Shown one piece after another: positions 45,559-46,182 of a DNA stretch of 46,182 nt; within the stretch, counting starts at the first letter, position 1; the number at the start of each line of letters is the position of its first letter. This DNA comes from a virus. Taxonomy: Duplodnaviria > Caudoviricetes. The position numbers and the translations under genes were made by a program. The notes under the pieces were generated by a model that was not told where the DNA came from, did no database searches, and saw nothing but the letters and a program-made list of their open reading frames with translations. The stretch lies in the IMG/VR virus record IMGVR_UViG_3300044840_000111, positions 1 to 46,182 of that record, one strand, 5' to 3'.

Positions 45559-45592
45559 AAGGGCCTCGGGACACCTCCCGGGGCCTTTTCTT
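45559..45592 (+). terminator. Intrinsic terminator
   Basis: Stem AAGGGCCTCGGGA / TCCCGGGCCTTT followed by a T-rich tail. Confidence 0.7.
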
Positions 45593-45798
45593 GTTATGAA
45601 TCTAGGCCCAGCTTGGTTAACGAATGGTTTCCGCCCCCACGCTGAACGTCATTTTTGGCATACGTTCCGCGCTTTGGTTACCGTTCCCTTCACATTTCCC
45701 CCAGCCCACACAGGGGCAGCGGCGGCCGGTGCGCCGGAGCGGAGCTTGCGGCGGCTGTCCACACCCTCCTTCCCATTCATGTGTTACACTGGGAAGAT

Positions 45799-46182
45799 AT
45801 GGCGTTCGGCTACTTGGGCTTAGAGGAGGCGAAGAAAAGACGACACGCCTACTACGTTAAAAACCGGGTCAAATTTGTCGCTGCCGCTCGCGCTCGACAA
45901 GACATGTTCCGACGGTGGATTCAGGCACAGAAGGAAGCAAGTCCCTGCACCGACTGCCGAGAGTTTTACCCTTTTTACGTCATGGACTACGACCATCGCG
46001 GCGATCACCCAAAGACCTACGGGATTGCACTGTTGTACCGTCGTGCATCGTGGGTGAAAATTAAGGCCGAGATTGCAAAATGCGACCTCGTTTGCTCTAA
46101 CTGTCACCGTATCCGCACTCATAAGCGATTGTCCTGCCAAATTCCTGCCAACGACAATTCTAAAACCGCTTTAAGTGCTTGA
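45799..46182 (+). CDS. HNH endonuclease
   Basis: PCTDC....P.YVMDYDH...K, EIAKCDLVCSNCHRIRT; TGTTACACT 8 nt upstream of ATG 45799. Confidence 0.85.
   Translation: MAFGYLGLEEAKKRRHAYYVKNRVKFVAAARARQDMFRRWIQAQKEASPCTDCREFYPFYVMDYDHRGDHPKTYGIALLYRRASWVKIKAEIAKCDLVCSNCHRIRTHKRLSCQIPANDNSKTALSA

Larger units (their letters stand above)
1..46182 (+). mobile_element. Temperate tailed phage/prophage (podovirus-like morphogenesis) carrying a conjugative mobilisation module
   Basis: Integrase, excisionase, terminase, capsid, portal, tail, holin and ERF genes all present; no host housekeeping genes in the window. Confidence 0.93.

Noticed and set aside
45655-45798. N-terminal extension of the last HNH
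   Set aside because: An extended -10 at 45782-45790 and T-ATG at 45799 define a shorter gene
1-46182. attL/attR or terminal direct repeats
   Set aside because: The window is trimmed to gene boundaries and no end duplication is visible within it

Overview
The whole window is one apparently complete temperate tailed phage or prophage of about 46 kb. It runs from the integrase start codon to the last stop codon, and no att duplication is visible. Left arm (1-11 kb): tyrosine integrase and excisionase, two paralogous small genes, a VirD4/TraD-like coupling ATPase, a Replic_Relax-like relaxase, a CHC2 zinc-finger protein, DUF3768- and DUF1419-like genes, a serine recombinase and several HNH genes. 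Middle (12.2-34.8 kb): podovirus-like late operon with TerS, TerL, GroES-like protein, scaffold, Mu-gpT-like capsid, tail tubular proteins, tail spike, three ejection proteins, a displaced portal, tail fibre, papain-like peptidase and holin. Right arm (35-46 kb): several strongly structured non-coding segments, a C5 methyltransferase, a degenerate second coupling-protein-like gene, and an early operon with ERF, SSB-like and NinB-like genes plus more HNHs. The main observation is that two gene-expression grammars are interleaved. Integration and mobilisation genes have Shine-Dalgarno sites and look alphaproteobacterial. Nearly all virion and early lytic genes lack an SD, start in a T-ATG context and look Patescibacteria (CPR)-like. 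With a coupling protein and relaxase present and no recognisable repressor, this suggests a mobilisable phage that may move between a CPR epibiont and its host bacterium; that part is inference. All family assignments come from motif recognition by eye, with no database searches.
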